From contig CAVXTP010000021.1 in the NCBI GenBank assembly GCA_963764715.1, forward strand, positions 224,001 to 288,000: a DNA stretch of 64,000 nucleotides, read 5' to 3'. Made by a program: the position numbers and the translations under genes. This stretch comes from an uncultured Acidobacteriota bacterium (GTDB lineage: Bacteria > Acidobacteriota > Thermoanaerobaculia > UBA5066 > Gp7-AA6). This document shows positions 9,931 to 19,815 of this stretch, one piece after another (the stretch's first letter is position 1; the number at the start of each line of letters is the position of its first letter). The notes below the pieces were generated by a model. That model was not told where the DNA came from. It saw nothing but the letters and a program-made list of their open reading frames with translations, and did no database searches.

Positions 9931-11103
9931 ATGCGGTCCGCGCTGTCCCGACGGCTCGAGGGATTCGGCACGACCATCTTCACCGAGATGACGCGCCTCG
10001 CCAACGAGCGCGGAGCGATCAACCTCGCCCAGGGGTTCCCCGACTTCGACGGGCCGGAGTTCGCGAAGGCGGCGGCGATCGACGCGATCCGGTCGGGCCA
10101 CGGCCAGTACGCGCGGATGACCGGGATCCCCGAGATCCACCGCGCCCTCTCCGCGAAGTACCGGCGCGACTGGGGCCTCGAGTACGCGGCCGACGCGGAG
10201 ATCACCGTGACCTCTGGCGCGACCGAGGCGATCTTCGCGGCGATCCAGGGCGTCTGCGACGCCGGCGACGAGGTCGTCCTCTTCGAGCCCTACTACGACT
10301 CCTACAAGGCGAGCGTGATCATGGCCGGCGCCGTGCCGCGGGTCGTCACGCTCCGCGCTCCGGACTGGACGTTCGACCCCGGCGAGCTCGCGGCGGCGTT
10401 TTCGCCCCGGACCCGGGCCCTGCTCCTGAACTCCCCGCACAACCCGACCGGCAAGGTCTTCGCGCCGGCGGAGCTCGAGGTCCTGGCCGCGCTCTGCCGG
10501 GAGCGCGACGTCCTCTGCATCACCGACGAGGTCTACGAACACCTCGTGTACGAGGGCCGCCACGTCCCGATGGCGACTCTCCCCGGGATGCGCGAACGCA
10601 CGATCACGATCTCCTCCTTCGGCAAGACGTTCTCGCTGACCGGCTGGAAGATCGGCTGGGCCGCGGCCCCGCCGGAGCTGACCGCCGCCGTGCGCGCGGC
10701 GCACCAGTTCGTCACCTTCGCCACGGCGACGCCGCTCCAGCACGGCGCGGCGGCGGCCCTTCAGGCGGGGCCGGACTACTACCGGACGCTCCTCTCCGAC
10801 TACCGGGGCAAGCGGGACTACCTCGTCGGAGAGCTCGAACGGATCGGGTTCGCCGTCCGCCCCCCGCAGGGGACCTACTTCGCCTGCGCGGACTTCCGGC
10901 CCTTCGGGTTCGACGACGACCGCGCGTTCGTGCGGCACCTGATCGAGACCGCGGGCGTCGCCGCGATTCCCCCGAGCGTCTTCTACGACCGGCCGGAGCA
11001 CGGCCGCCACTACGTCCGCTTCGCGTTCTGCAAGAAGCGGGAGACCCTCGAGGCCGCCGTCGCCCGGCTCGCGTCGCTGTCCCGGCGGGAGACGGCCGTA
11101 TGA
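9931..11103 (+). CDS. Class I/II aminotransferase, YbdL/MtnE-like
   Basis: AINLAQGFPDF, NSPHNPTG, DEVYEH, SFGKTFSLTGWKIG. Confidence 0.9.
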   Translation: MRSALSRRLEGFGTTIFTEMTRLANERGAINLAQGFPDFDGPEFAKAAAIDAIRSGHGQYARMTGIPEIHRALSAKYRRDWGLEYAADAEITVTSGATEAIFAAIQGVCDAGDEVVLFEPYYDSYKASVIMAGAVPRVVTLRAPDWTFDPGELAAAFSPRTRALLLNSPHNPTGKVFAPAELEVLAALCRERDVLCITDEVYEHLVYEGRHVPMATLPGMRERTITISSFGKTFSLTGWKIGWAAAPPELTAAVRAAHQFVTFATATPLQHGAAAALQAGPDYYRTLLSDYRGKRDYLVGELERIGFAVRPPQGTYFACADFRPFGFDDDRAFVRHLIETAGVAAIPPSVFYDRPEHGRHYVRFAFCKKRETLEAAVARLASLSRRETAV

Positions 11104-11879
11104 ACCCGCTGCGTGTCGCGCTGGTCCAGATGGACCTCGCCTGGGAGGACGTCGCCGAGAACCACCGGCGCGCGCGGCGGCACCTCGAGCGGGCGCGCGA
11201 CGGCGGGGCCCGCCTCGCCCTGCTGCCCGAGATGTTCTGCACCGGCTTCTCGATGGAGTCCGACCGCATCGCGCAGCCGCCCGGCGGGCCCTCGGAGACC
11301 TTTCTTCGGGACGCCGCGCGCGAGCTCGGGATCTCGATTCTGGCGTCGGTCCCGGAAGCGGGGCAGCCCCGGCCCCGCAACATGGCGATTCTCGCCGGCC
11401 CCGACGGGGCGCTGGCGAAGTACGCCAAGATCCATCCCTTCACGTTCGGCGGCGAGCATCGCGTCTACGCCGGGGGCGAAGGGATCGTGACCGTCCCGGT
11501 CGAAGGCGCCCGCGTGACCCCCTTCGTCTGTTACGACCTGCGCTTTCCGGAGCCCTTCCGTCTCGCCGCGGACGACACGGATCTCTTCGCGGTCGTCGCC
11601 AACTGGCCCGAGCCTCGCCGCGAGCACTGGCGCACGCTCCTGCGGGCCCGGGCGATCGAGAACCTGTGCTTCGTCGCGGGCGTCAACCGCGTCGGCGAGG
11701 GAGGCAAGCTCCGTTACGCGGGCGACTCGGTCGTCGTGTCGCCCTGGGGCGAAGTCCTCGTCGAGGGAGGGGCCGAAGAAGCCGTCCTCTTCGCCGACGT
11801 CGACCCCGCCGCCGTCCGCGACGCCCGGGCGAAGTTTCCGGCCCTCCAGGATCGCCGACCCGAGGCCTACCGAAAATAG
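11100..11879 (+). CDS. Carbon-nitrogen hydrolase (YafV/Nit2-like omega-amidase)
   Basis: LPEMF, YAKIH, VCYDLRFPE, RARAIEN; ATGA overlap with the aminotransferase. Confidence 0.88.
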   Translation: MNPLRVALVQMDLAWEDVAENHRRARRHLERARDGGARLALLPEMFCTGFSMESDRIAQPPGGPSETFLRDAARELGISILASVPEAGQPRPRNMAILAGPDGALAKYAKIHPFTFGGEHRVYAGGEGIVTVPVEGARVTPFVCYDLRFPEPFRLAADDTDLFAVVANWPEPRREHWRTLLRARAIENLCFVAGVNRVGEGGKLRYAGDSVVVSPWGEVLVEGGAEEAVLFADVDPAAVRDARAKFPALQDRRPEAYRK

Positions 11880-11943
11880 CTCTCTGGTCCGATTGCATCT
11901 GTCGCGGGGCCGGGCATCGGCAGACGCTTGCTCCGGACAAGCG

Positions 11944-12603
11944 ATGGGCCGACTCGTGCGGACCTCGATCGCCCTGGCCGCCCTGGGTCTGGCGCGAGTG
12001 CTGGAGGCGCAGGGTCCCGTCGGCCCGCCCCCGCAGCGGCACGTCGACCTGGCCGTGATGGCCGGCTACCGGTTCGAGAGCACGATCACGTTCGAGTTCC
12101 CGGGAGATTACGACCGCATCGAGGTCGACGACGCCCCGACGTGGGGCGTAGCGCTCGGCTACGGCCCGAACCCGAACTGGGAGTTCGAGCTGCAGTACAG
12201 CTACACCAGGGCTCCGGCGACGGCGATCGGTACGAATCCGAGGGTCGTCAACCAGGCCTTCGACCTCGGGCTGCACGACTTCCAGCTCGGCGTGCTCGGC
12301 TACCTCGCCTCGGCGCAGGAGCAGCTGCGACCCTACGTCGAGCTGTCGCTCGGCACGACGCTCGTCAACACCGGCGAGGGCTTCGGCAACACCGCCCACT
12401 TCTCGCTCGCCGTGGCCCTCGGCCTGAAGTACTACTTCAACGAGCACCTGGGGCTGCGCGCCGAAGTCCACTACATCCCGGTCTATCTTTATTCGTCGGG
12501 AGAGAGCGGCGTTTGGCTCTGCATCGACACCGTCTGCTGGGACACGGGTTCACGCTTCCTGCAGCAGTTCGACCTGCGCGCGGGCTTGACGTTCCGGTTC
12601 TGA
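11944..12603 (+). CDS. Outer-membrane beta-barrel protein
   Basis: Signal peptide; amphipathic strands (RPYVELSLG, GLKYYF); C-terminal GLTFRF. Confidence 0.75.
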   Translation: MGRLVRTSIALAALGLARVLEAQGPVGPPPQRHVDLAVMAGYRFESTITFEFPGDYDRIEVDDAPTWGVALGYGPNPNWEFELQYSYTRAPATAIGTNPRVVNQAFDLGLHDFQLGVLGYLASAQEQLRPYVELSLGTTLVNTGEGFGNTAHFSLAVALGLKYYFNEHLGLRAEVHYIPVYLYSSGESGVWLCIDTVCWDTGSRFLQQFDLRAGLTFRF

Positions 12604-12648
12604 CCGGGACGGCGCCAATCCGAAAATTCGAGACCTGACCCCGCGTTG

Positions 12649-13926
12649 TTACGGACGGCTGGTCGCCGAGCCGATAGTGGCGAGCAGCCGCTCGGCGTTC
12701 CCGCGAAGGATGGCCTGCTTCTGCTCGGGCGTCAGGACTTCCGATCCCGTGATGGCGTCGAGGGCTCTCGCCATGCGTGCGGCGGTCGTGGCGCCCGAGG
12801 CGAAGAGGATCTGGTCCTTCAGGCCGGAGCCGACGAGGCGAGCGATGTAGCCGTCGAACTCGTATCGGGCCAGGGCCCACGCGATTCCCGCCGTGTCCGC
12901 GTAGACACGGGGATAGCGCCACATCAGACCGGCCATCGCGTCGGCGAAGGGCCAGGCCGCGCCGGAAACGATGATCGTCAGCTTGGGATGGCGCACGAGA
13001 ACGCTCTCGAGCTTGAGGGGGTCGCCGAGGGCGACGCGGTACTTCGCGCCGCTCTCGTCACGGTCCACGGGGCCGAGCGGAAAAACGACGGGGAGGTTGA
13101 GCTCTTCGGCGAGGGACCAGTAGGGTTCGAGCCGCGGATCGTCCGGCGCGATCCCGTCCGACTGGGCCAGCACGGGACCGATGAAGCGCGCCCGGGTTTT
13201 CGCGAGCGTGCGACGCAGCGCGGCGAGCCCGGGTCGGCGCTCGTCGACGTGAAAGCCCTCGGCGCCGGCCGTGAAGTCGACGACCGCGTCGGAGGACGGC
13301 GGCACGGTCGGAAGCGGCGTGCCCGTGGCGGCAGGCGCCGCCGGCCGCGGAGTCGCCGGCAACGTCGGCACGGGTGCCGTGGAGGGTGCTCGCGGTGCGG
13401 GCGTCGCGGTGGGCGACGGCGATGCAGGCGCGGCGGCCGCGACCGGCGGCGGGGGAGCGGCCGGCGTCCGTGTCGACGGGACCGTGGCGGTCGCGACGCC
13501 GGGCGTCGGAATGGGCGGCACCCCCGGCGCGCGGTGGGGATCCACGTCCACCATGACCCAGTAGCCGGGGTTCGGCGCCCGTGGGAACACCGTCTCGCGG
13601 ATCGTCCAGCGGAGGCACACGGCGACCGGCACCGGGGGACGCAGCAGGACCTGCGACGCGCGGCCGTCGGGGCCGAGCGCGAGAAGCACCGTGAACGGCA
13701 CCGCGTCCTCCGGCCGCGCGGACTCCGTGCAGGTCACGAGGGCGTCGCGGAGCTTCTTTTCGTCGAAGCGCGCGGCGACGCGCTGCTCGAGCTCGCGGCC
13801 CGCGGGAGTCGCCGCGGCGGCCTTCGCGAGATTGAGCGAGTCCTCGAACTTGTCGGCCCGGAGCGGCGGGCCCGCGAGCGCCAGCGCCGCGGCGGCCAGG
13901 GCGAGCGCCCTCGGCGCGGTTCGCAC
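12649..13926 (-). CDS. Secreted protein: N-terminal Cys-paired domain, Pro/Ala/Thr linker, degenerate amidohydrolase_2 domain
   Basis: Signal peptide; PDDPRLEPYWSLAEELNLPV, RHPKL, QKQAILRGNAERLL signatures. Confidence 0.75.
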   Translation of the reverse strand: MRTAPRALALAAAALALAGPPLRADKFEDSLNLAKAAAATPAGRELEQRVAARFDEKKLRDALVTCTESARPEDAVPFTVLLALGPDGRASQVLLRPPVPVAVCLRWTIRETVFPRAPNPGYWVMVDVDPHRAPGVPPIPTPGVATATVPSTRTPAAPPPPVAAAAPASPSPTATPAPRAPSTAPVPTLPATPRPAAPAATGTPLPTVPPSSDAVVDFTAGAEGFHVDERRPGLAALRRTLAKTRARFIGPVLAQSDGIAPDDPRLEPYWSLAEELNLPVVFPLGPVDRDESGAKYRVALGDPLKLESVLVRHPKLTIIVSGAAWPFADAMAGLMWRYPRVYADTAGIAWALARYEFDGYIARLVGSGLKDQILFASGATTAARMARALDAITGSEVLTPEQKQAILRGNAERLLATIGSATSRP

Positions 13927-13929
13927 CGC

Positions 13930-15123
13930 CTAGGGTCGTCCGGAGGTCGCGTGCGCGAACGCCGCCAGCGCCTCGACGCCGCCCGCGATCATCTCCTCCG
14001 AGACCGAGAACGAGAACCGCAGGTGTCCCTCGCCCTCCGGGCCGAAGACGATCCCCGGCACGGTCGCGATCTTCGCCTCGTCGAGGAGCGTGCGCGCGGC
14101 CGCGCGCGAATCGGGCGGGAGCCAGGCCGGGGTCTTCGGAAAGAGGTAGAGGGCGGCCCGGGGCGTCTCGAGCTCGAAGCCCGCGGCCTTCAGCCCGGCG
14201 ACGAGCCGGTCGCGCCGCGAGCGGTAGCCCGCCTTCCACTCCGCGACGAACTCCGTGCCCCGCCCGAGGGCCTCGACCGCCGCCCACTGGGTCGGCGTCG
14301 AGACGCCGTTGGTCGTGTACAGCACGACGGTCTTGATGGGCATCTGGTAGCGCTTCGGCGCGAGGACGTAGCCGAGGCGCCAGCCCGTCATCGAGTAGCT
14401 CTTCGACAGCGTGTAGCAGGTGATCGTGCGCTCGAACATGCCGGGCAGCGAGGCGATCGGCACCGCGGGCTCGCCCTCGTAGACGAGGTCCTCGTAGGCC
14501 TCGTCGGCGATGACCGCGAGGCCGCGCTCTCGGGCGAAGGCCGCGACCTCCTGCGTTTCGGCGGCCGAGAAGACGTCGCCGGTCGGGTTGGCGGGGTTGT
14601 TCCAGTAGATGACCTTGGTGCGGCCGGTCGTCCGCGCCGCGAGAGCGGCCGCGAGTCCGCCGCGCCGCGCGGCGGCGGTCGCGACGAGCACCGCCCGGGC
14701 CTGGTGATACGCGACGAGGTCGACGATCGGCGTCCAGTACGGCGAGAGCATCAGCACCTCGTCGCCCGGATCGAGGAGCGTGGCGAATGCGGCGAAGAGC
14801 CCCTGCATGCCGCCGTTGACGACGACCGGGGCCTCGTCGTCGGCGGGGATGCGGTTGCGGTCGCGGGCCTTCGCCAGGATCGCCTGCCGCAGCTCGGGGA
14901 TCCCCGACGACGGCGCATACCGCGTCTGGTTTCGGACGAGCGCCGCTCCCATCGCGGCCTTCACGGTTTCCGGGGTGTTCATCCAGGGCTCGCCGCCCTC
15001 GAAGCGCCAGACCTTCTGGCCCGCGGACAGGAGCTCGATGACGCGGTTGCGGACCTTGACGATCTCGGAGAAGCCGACGTTCTCGAAGCGCTTCGCGGTG
15101 GAGGGAAAGGCGCCGTCGGTCAC
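13930..15123 (-). CDS. PLP-dependent aspartate-type aminotransferase
   Basis: NNPANPTG, DEAYE, SKSYSMTGWRLG. Confidence 0.9.
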   Translation of the reverse strand: MTDGAFPSTAKRFENVGFSEIVKVRNRVIELLSAGQKVWRFEGGEPWMNTPETVKAAMGAALVRNQTRYAPSSGIPELRQAILAKARDRNRIPADDEAPVVVNGGMQGLFAAFATLLDPGDEVLMLSPYWTPIVDLVAYHQARAVLVATAAARRGGLAAALAARTTGRTKVIYWNNPANPTGDVFSAAETQEVAAFARERGLAVIADEAYEDLVYEGEPAVPIASLPGMFERTITCYTLSKSYSMTGWRLGYVLAPKRYQMPIKTVVLYTTNGVSTPTQWAAVEALGRGTEFVAEWKAGYRSRRDRLVAGLKAAGFELETPRAALYLFPKTPAWLPPDSRAAARTLLDEAKIATVPGIVFGPEGEGHLRFSFSVSEEMIAGGVEALAAFAHATSGRP

Positions 15124-15133
15124 CGTGCGCCCC

Positions 15134-15328
15134 TCAAACCGCGGCCTTCCGGCCGGGGCCCATCAGAAAGTACAGGATCATGCCGAGGACCGGCAGCAGG
15201 ATGACGAGAACGCACCAGAGCAGCTTCGTTCCGCTGTCGGCCGAGCTCTTCAGGATCGACACGATGGCGATGACGTCGAGGACGGTGACGACGAGCCAGA
15301 GGAGCGGGTTGCCGAAGGTGTGAAACAT
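15134..15328 (-). CDS. Small PLDc N-terminal-domain membrane protein
   Basis: AAGGAGG RBS; KLLWCVLVILLPVLGMILYFLMG pattern. Confidence 0.8.
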   Translation of the reverse strand: MFHTFGNPLLWLVVTVLDVIAIVSILKSSADSGTKLLWCVLVILLPVLGMILYFLMGPGRKAAV

Positions 15329-15339
15329 CGCGCCCTCCT

Positions 15340-16887
15340 TCAGAGCTTCTCGGAGATCGCCTTCTGCTGGGTGAAGAGGTACAGGTACTCGCGGCCGCCG
15401 GCCTTGGAGTCCGTTCCCGACATGTTGAAGCCGCCGAAGGGATGGACGCCCACGAGGGCGCCGGTGCACTTGCGGTTGAGGTACAGGTTGCCGACGTGGA
15501 GGTCGCGCTTCCCGCGCTCGAGCCGCTCCCGCACGCGGGAGTAGAGCGAGCCGGTCAGGCCGTACTCCGAGTGGTTCGCGACCTTGATGCCTTCCTCGAA
15601 CGTGCGGACCGTCAGCACCGAGAGGACGGGGCCGAAGATCTCCTCGCAGGCCAGGCGCGCGTTCGGCCCGACGCCGTCGACGACGGTGGGCATGACGAAG
15701 TAGCCCTGCTTCGGGCCGGCCTTTCCTCCCGCGACGACGCGGCCTTCCTTCTTTCCGAGAGCCGCGTACTCGAGGATCTTCTTGTGCGCCCGCGCGTTGA
15801 TCACGGCGCCGACGGTGTTCTTCGGGTCGCGCACGTCGCCGACCGAGAGCGCCTTCGTCTTCGCGACGACGCGGGCGAGCAGGTCCTTGTGGACCTTCTG
15901 GTGGACGATCAGGCGGGAGCAGGCCGAGCATTTCTGCCCCTGGAAGCCGAACGCCGCCGCCACGATTCCGTTGGCGGCGTCCTCGACGTCCGCGGTCTCG
16001 TCGACGAGGATGAAGTCCTTGCCGCCCATCTCGAGAATGGCCCGCTTGATCCAGATCTGGCCGGGCACGACGCGTCCGGCCTTCTCGGAGACCTGCAGGC
16101 CCACGTCGCGCGAGCCCGTGAACGCGATCAGCCGTGTCTTCGGATGCTCGACGAGGGCGTTGCCCGCGATCGCGCCCCCGCCCGTCAGGAAGTTCAGGAC
16201 GCCGTCGGGCACGCCGGCCTCGTCGCAGGCGTCGAGGAACATGGAGGCGATTCCGGCGGCGTCGGAGGAGGGCTTGAGGACCACGGTGTTGCCGGCGACG
16301 AGGGCCGCGGTCGTCATGCCGGTCAGGATCGCGAGCGGAAAGTTCCAGGGCGGGATGACGACGGCCACGCCCAGCGGGATGTGCTCGAGCTCGTTGTACT
16401 CCCCGGGGTAGGGGGTCAGCGGCTGGGGGAGCGCGAGGCGCTCCATCTCGCGCGCGTAGAACTCGCAGAAATCGATCGCCTCCGCCGTGTCGCCGTCGGC
16501 CTCGGCCCAGGACTTCGACTCCTCGAGGACCATCATGGCCGAGAACTCGTGCTTGCGGCGCCGCAGAATCGAGGCGATCCGCAGGACGAGCGCCGATCGT
16601 TCGGCGTGCGGCGTCCGGCTCCAGCTCGGGAAGGCCTTCGTCGCGGCGTCCACGGCCCGCGACGCGTCGGCCGCGGAGGCCTCCGGGAAGCGCCCGATCA
16701 CCTGTTTGAAGTCGGAGGGATTGAGGGACTCGAAATCCTTCGGGGCGCCGAAGTCCTTGCCGCCGATCCGGTTCTTGCCCTTGATCGGGAGCCGTTTTTC
16801 GACGGCCGCGAGGGCGGCGCGGAAGGCCTTGGCGTTGGCGTCGACGGAGAAGTCGGTGAAGGGCTCGTTGCGGAATTCGGGAAGCAA
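15340..16887 (-). CDS. pruA: L-glutamate gamma-semialdehyde (P5C) dehydrogenase
   Basis: GGAGG then TTG; FRNEPFTDF, PPWNFP, EMGGK, FGFQGQKCSACSR, PFGGFNMSGT. Confidence 0.93.
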   Translation of the reverse strand: MLPEFRNEPFTDFSVDANAKAFRAALAAVEKRLPIKGKNRIGGKDFGAPKDFESLNPSDFKQVIGRFPEASAADASRAVDAATKAFPSWSRTPHAERSALVLRIASILRRRKHEFSAMMVLEESKSWAEADGDTAEAIDFCEFYAREMERLALPQPLTPYPGEYNELEHIPLGVAVVIPPWNFPLAILTGMTTAALVAGNTVVLKPSSDAAGIASMFLDACDEAGVPDGVLNFLTGGGAIAGNALVEHPKTRLIAFTGSRDVGLQVSEKAGRVVPGQIWIKRAILEMGGKDFILVDETADVEDAANGIVAAAFGFQGQKCSACSRLIVHQKVHKDLLARVVAKTKALSVGDVRDPKNTVGAVINARAHKKILEYAALGKKEGRVVAGGKAGPKQGYFVMPTVVDGVGPNARLACEEIFGPVLSVLTVRTFEEGIKVANHSEYGLTGSLYSRVRERLERGKRDLHVGNLYLNRKCTGALVGVHPFGGFNMSGTDSKAGGREYLYLFTQQKAISEKL

Positions 16888-16947
16888 GTTGTGGACCTCC
16901 GAAGCCGAAAATCTATCAGAAGGGCGCCCCGGCGGGCCGCTTCTGAG

Positions 16948-18129
16948 ATGATCCCGGACGTGGTCACGGCGGCTGGCGCGGCGGCGCTCTCGAACGAGGA
17001 AATCCGCCGTTACGCGCGACACCTGATCCTCCCGGAAGTCGGGCCGGAGGGCCAGAAGAAGCTGAAGGGAGCAAAAGTCCTCCTCGTCGGCGCGGGGGGG
17101 CTCGGGTCGCCCGCGGCGCTCTATCTGGCGGCCGCCGGGGTCGGCACCCTCGGCCTCGTCGACTTCGACTCCGTCGACGAGTCGAACCTGCACCGCCAGA
17201 TCCTCTACGGAACCTCCGACGTGGGCCGGCCGAAGCTCTCGGCCGCGGCCGCGCGCCTCGCCGACGTGAATCCGAACGTGCGCGTCGTGCCGTTCGAGAC
17301 GCGCCTGACCTCGGAGAACGCCCTCGGGATCCTGTCCGACTTCGACGTCGTCGCCGACGGCACGGACAACTTCCCGACGCGTTACCTCGTCAACGACGCC
17401 TGCGTCCTGCTCGGGAAGCCCAACGCCTACGCCTCGATCTTCCGGTTCGAGGGGCAGGCCTCGGTCTTCGGCGCGCCGGGCGGGCCCTGCTACCGCTGCC
17501 TGTACGCGGAGCCGCCGCCTCCCGGCGTCGTGCCGTCGTGCGCCGAGGGCGGAGTGCTCGGCATTCTGCCGGGGCTCCTCGGGACCATCCAGGCCGCCGA
17601 GACCATCAAGCTCGTCCTCGGCGTCGGCGAGCCGCTCGTCGGCCGGCTGCTCCTCGTCGACGCGCTCGGCATGCGATTCCGGGAGCTCCGGGTCCGCAGG
17701 AACCCGGACTGCGCGGTCTGCGGTCCGCGCCCCACCGTGACCCGGCTCGTCGACTACGAGGCGTTCTGCGGGGGGCCGCCCTCTGCTATCGTCCCGCCCA
17801 TGCACGCCCACGTCGAAGAGGTGACGGTCGAGGAGCTCAAGCAGGCCCGCGACCGCGGCGAGACGATCGTTCTCCTCGACGTGCGCGAGCCCCGCGAGTG
17901 GGCGATCTCCGACCTGCCGGATTCGATCAAGATCCCCCTCGGCTCGCTGCCCGACAGCCTCGACAAGCTCTCGAAGGACGACGACATCGTCGTCTACTGC
18001 CGGAGCGGCGCGCGCAGCGGGAACGCCGTCCAGTTCCTGATGCAGCGGGGCTTCGACAAGGTCCGCAATCTCGCCGGCGGCATCAACAAGTGGGCGGAGC
18101 GCATCGACACGTCGCTTCCGCGTTACTGA
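16948..18129 (+). CDS. moeB: Molybdopterin-synthase adenylyltransferase with C-terminal rhodanese (MoeZ type)
   Basis: RYARHLILPEVG, GAGGLG, SNLHRQ, CYRC, CAVC; rhodanese YCRSGARS. Confidence 0.93.
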   Translation: MIPDVVTAAGAAALSNEEIRRYARHLILPEVGPEGQKKLKGAKVLLVGAGGLGSPAALYLAAAGVGTLGLVDFDSVDESNLHRQILYGTSDVGRPKLSAAAARLADVNPNVRVVPFETRLTSENALGILSDFDVVADGTDNFPTRYLVNDACVLLGKPNAYASIFRFEGQASVFGAPGGPCYRCLYAEPPPPGVVPSCAEGGVLGILPGLLGTIQAAETIKLVLGVGEPLVGRLLLVDALGMRFRELRVRRNPDCAVCGPRPTVTRLVDYEAFCGGPPSAIVPPMHAHVEEVTVEELKQARDRGETIVLLDVREPREWAISDLPDSIKIPLGSLPDSLDKLSKDDDIVVYCRSGARSGNAVQFLMQRGFDKVRNLAGGINKWAERIDTSLPRY

Positions 18130-18142
18130 ACCCGCCACCGCG

Positions 18143-18316
18143 ATGCGCCGCGTCGGTCTGATCTTCCTGGCGGCGGGACTGGCGGGCTTTCTGTTCGCCT
18201 CGAGTCAGCGCGCGCGGCATTCCTCGGTCGACGCCTGGGAAACGGGCCGGTGGCTCTTCGTGGGGATGGCGGTGATGGGGGTCGTGTTCGTGGTCCTCCC
18301 CGGCCCCCGCAACTGA
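18143..18316 (+). CDS. Small two-helix membrane protein, 57 aa (not in ORF track)
   Basis: MRRVGLIFLAAGLAGFLFASSQRARHSSVDAWETGRWLFVGMAVMGVVFVVLPGPRN; fills the gap after moeB. Confidence 0.55.
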   Translation: MRRVGLIFLAAGLAGFLFASSQRARHSSVDAWETGRWLFVGMAVMGVVFVVLPGPRN

Positions 18317-18326
18317 GCTTCCGTCC

Positions 18327-19391
18327 TTACTCTTTTTCCTTCTCCTTCGCCGGCGCGACCTTCTTCGGCGGCGCCGCGGGCGGGGCGCCGACCTTCCGCC
18401 CGGACTGCCCGGCGCGGCGGTGGAGGCTCTCGCACCAGTCCCAGATCCGGTCGAACCGCGCGCGCGCGTCGGCGTGGGCATCGGGGCTCATGCCGGCGAA
18501 CCGGCGCGCCTCGACCGTCACGACCTGGTTGAGGACCTGCACCCGCAGCCGCGAATAGTGCGTCGCGAACAGGTTGCGGGGGAGCGAGGCGGCGTCGCTC
18601 GCCTGGAGCACGGCCACGAGATCGCGGTACTCCGCCTCGGACAGCTCGATTGCGCGCACGGAGGAGGACGCCTTGCCGGGGGAGCCCGAGCGGTCGAGCG
18701 CCCGCCGCCCCGACACGACGAGGAGCCACGCCTCCGCGGCCTCTCCCGCGCCCGGATGGTCCGTCGAGCGCTGCGCCAGGACCTCGAGCGCCTCCGGCGC
18801 GAGGGCGCCCGAGGCGAGCTTCTCGAGACCTTCCTTGAGGCCCTGGATCCGGATGCCCGTTTTCGAAGGCCCCTCACCGGCCGCGAGCACCGCCCGCGCG
18901 AGCTCCTCGAGCTCCTCGTCGGGCTTCTCGTCCCCGACGACCGCGACGCTGTGCGTGACGTCGCCGAGCGTGACCGCGATGCGTCCCTGGATTTCCTTCT
19001 CGCCGCCCTCGGACTCGCCGACCTCGGCCGGAAACGTGCCGAACCGGGTCCGGCGCACCGCCTTCATGAGGGCCAGCACCTGCTTGCGATCGACGCGGAA
19101 CTGGATCTGGCGGTTCCAGAGCCCCACGCCCGCGCCGTCGATGCGGCAGGCCGTGAGGAGGCCCGGCCGGGTCGGCCAGGCGACGTCGATCGTGAAATCG
19201 GCGGGGCTCTTCTTGCCGGCGATGCGCGCGTCGAGGTCGGCCGCAAGCGGATCGGGCTGGCGCCGCCTCGCCTCCTCGCGCTCCTTTTCCTCGCGCGCTT
19301 CCTGCGCCGGGGTCTCCTGCGCGGCCAGTCGAGGCGCCGGGGCGAGGGAGAGCAGGCACGCGGCGGCGACGAGGGCGCGGGTCAGGCGCAT
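18327..19391 (-). CDS. Secreted hypothetical protein, paralog of 19816-20811
   Basis: Signal peptide; collinear similarity to the neighbour (GVGLWNRQIQF vs GVGVWQGEAQF; LSEAEYRDL vs LSEEEFHDL; RRFAGM vs RKFRGM). Confidence 0.75.
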   Translation of the reverse strand: MRLTRALVAAACLLSLAPAPRLAAQETPAQEAREEKEREEARRRQPDPLAADLDARIAGKKSPADFTIDVAWPTRPGLLTACRIDGAGVGLWNRQIQFRVDRKQVLALMKAVRRTRFGTFPAEVGESEGGEKEIQGRIAVTLGDVTHSVAVVGDEKPDEELEELARAVLAAGEGPSKTGIRIQGLKEGLEKLASGALAPEALEVLAQRSTDHPGAGEAAEAWLLVVSGRRALDRSGSPGKASSSVRAIELSEAEYRDLVAVLQASDAASLPRNLFATHYSRLRVQVLNQVVTVEARRFAGMSPDAHADARARFDRIWDWCESLHRRAGQSGRKVGAPPAAPPKKVAPAKEKEKE

Positions 19392-19434
19392 GGGCCCGGC
19401 GAGCGTCGCCCGCCCGCCCGGACCGGCGGAGACT

Positions 19435-19806
19435 TCAGCCGGCAGTCGTCGCATTCGGGTCCTCCTGAAGCAGGCGGTCGATCCTGGCGGCGAGGATGAA
19501 GTCGTTCTCGTGGAGCCCGCCGATCTTGTGGGTCCAGAGCGTCAGGTCCACCCGGTTCCAGTGAATCGCGATGTCCGGGTGGTGGCCTGCGGCCTCCGCG
19601 ACGTCGGCGACGCGGTTGACGAACTTCATCGCCTCGACGAAGTCGCGGAACTCGAAGTGGCGCTGGAGACGCGTCGCCGCGGCGGCGAGCGACCAGTCGG
19701 GAGTCCCGACCGCGAGCTCCCGGGCGGCCTCTTCGGAGAGCGGCGGGACGCCTCCCCGGCAGGGCTGGCAGTGGCGGCCGGCGAGGCCTTCCATGTCGTC
19801 GACCAC
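19435..19806 (-). CDS. Pterin-4-alpha-carbinolamine dehydratase
   Basis: CQPCRGG, AEAAGHHPDI, WTHKIGGLHENDFILAARID. Confidence 0.93.
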   Translation of the reverse strand: MVDDMEGLAGRHCQPCRGGVPPLSEEAARELAVGTPDWSLAAAATRLQRHFEFRDFVEAMKFVNRVADVAEAAGHHPDIAIHWNRVDLTLWTHKIGGLHENDFILAARIDRLLQEDPNATTAG

Positions 19807-19815
19807 GGGCGGATC

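Noticed and set aside
9931-11879. Aminotransferase plus omega-amidase pair as a novel pathway
   Set aside because: Known pairing (YbdL/YafV, MtnE/MtnU-type) for glutamine transamination and methionine salvage
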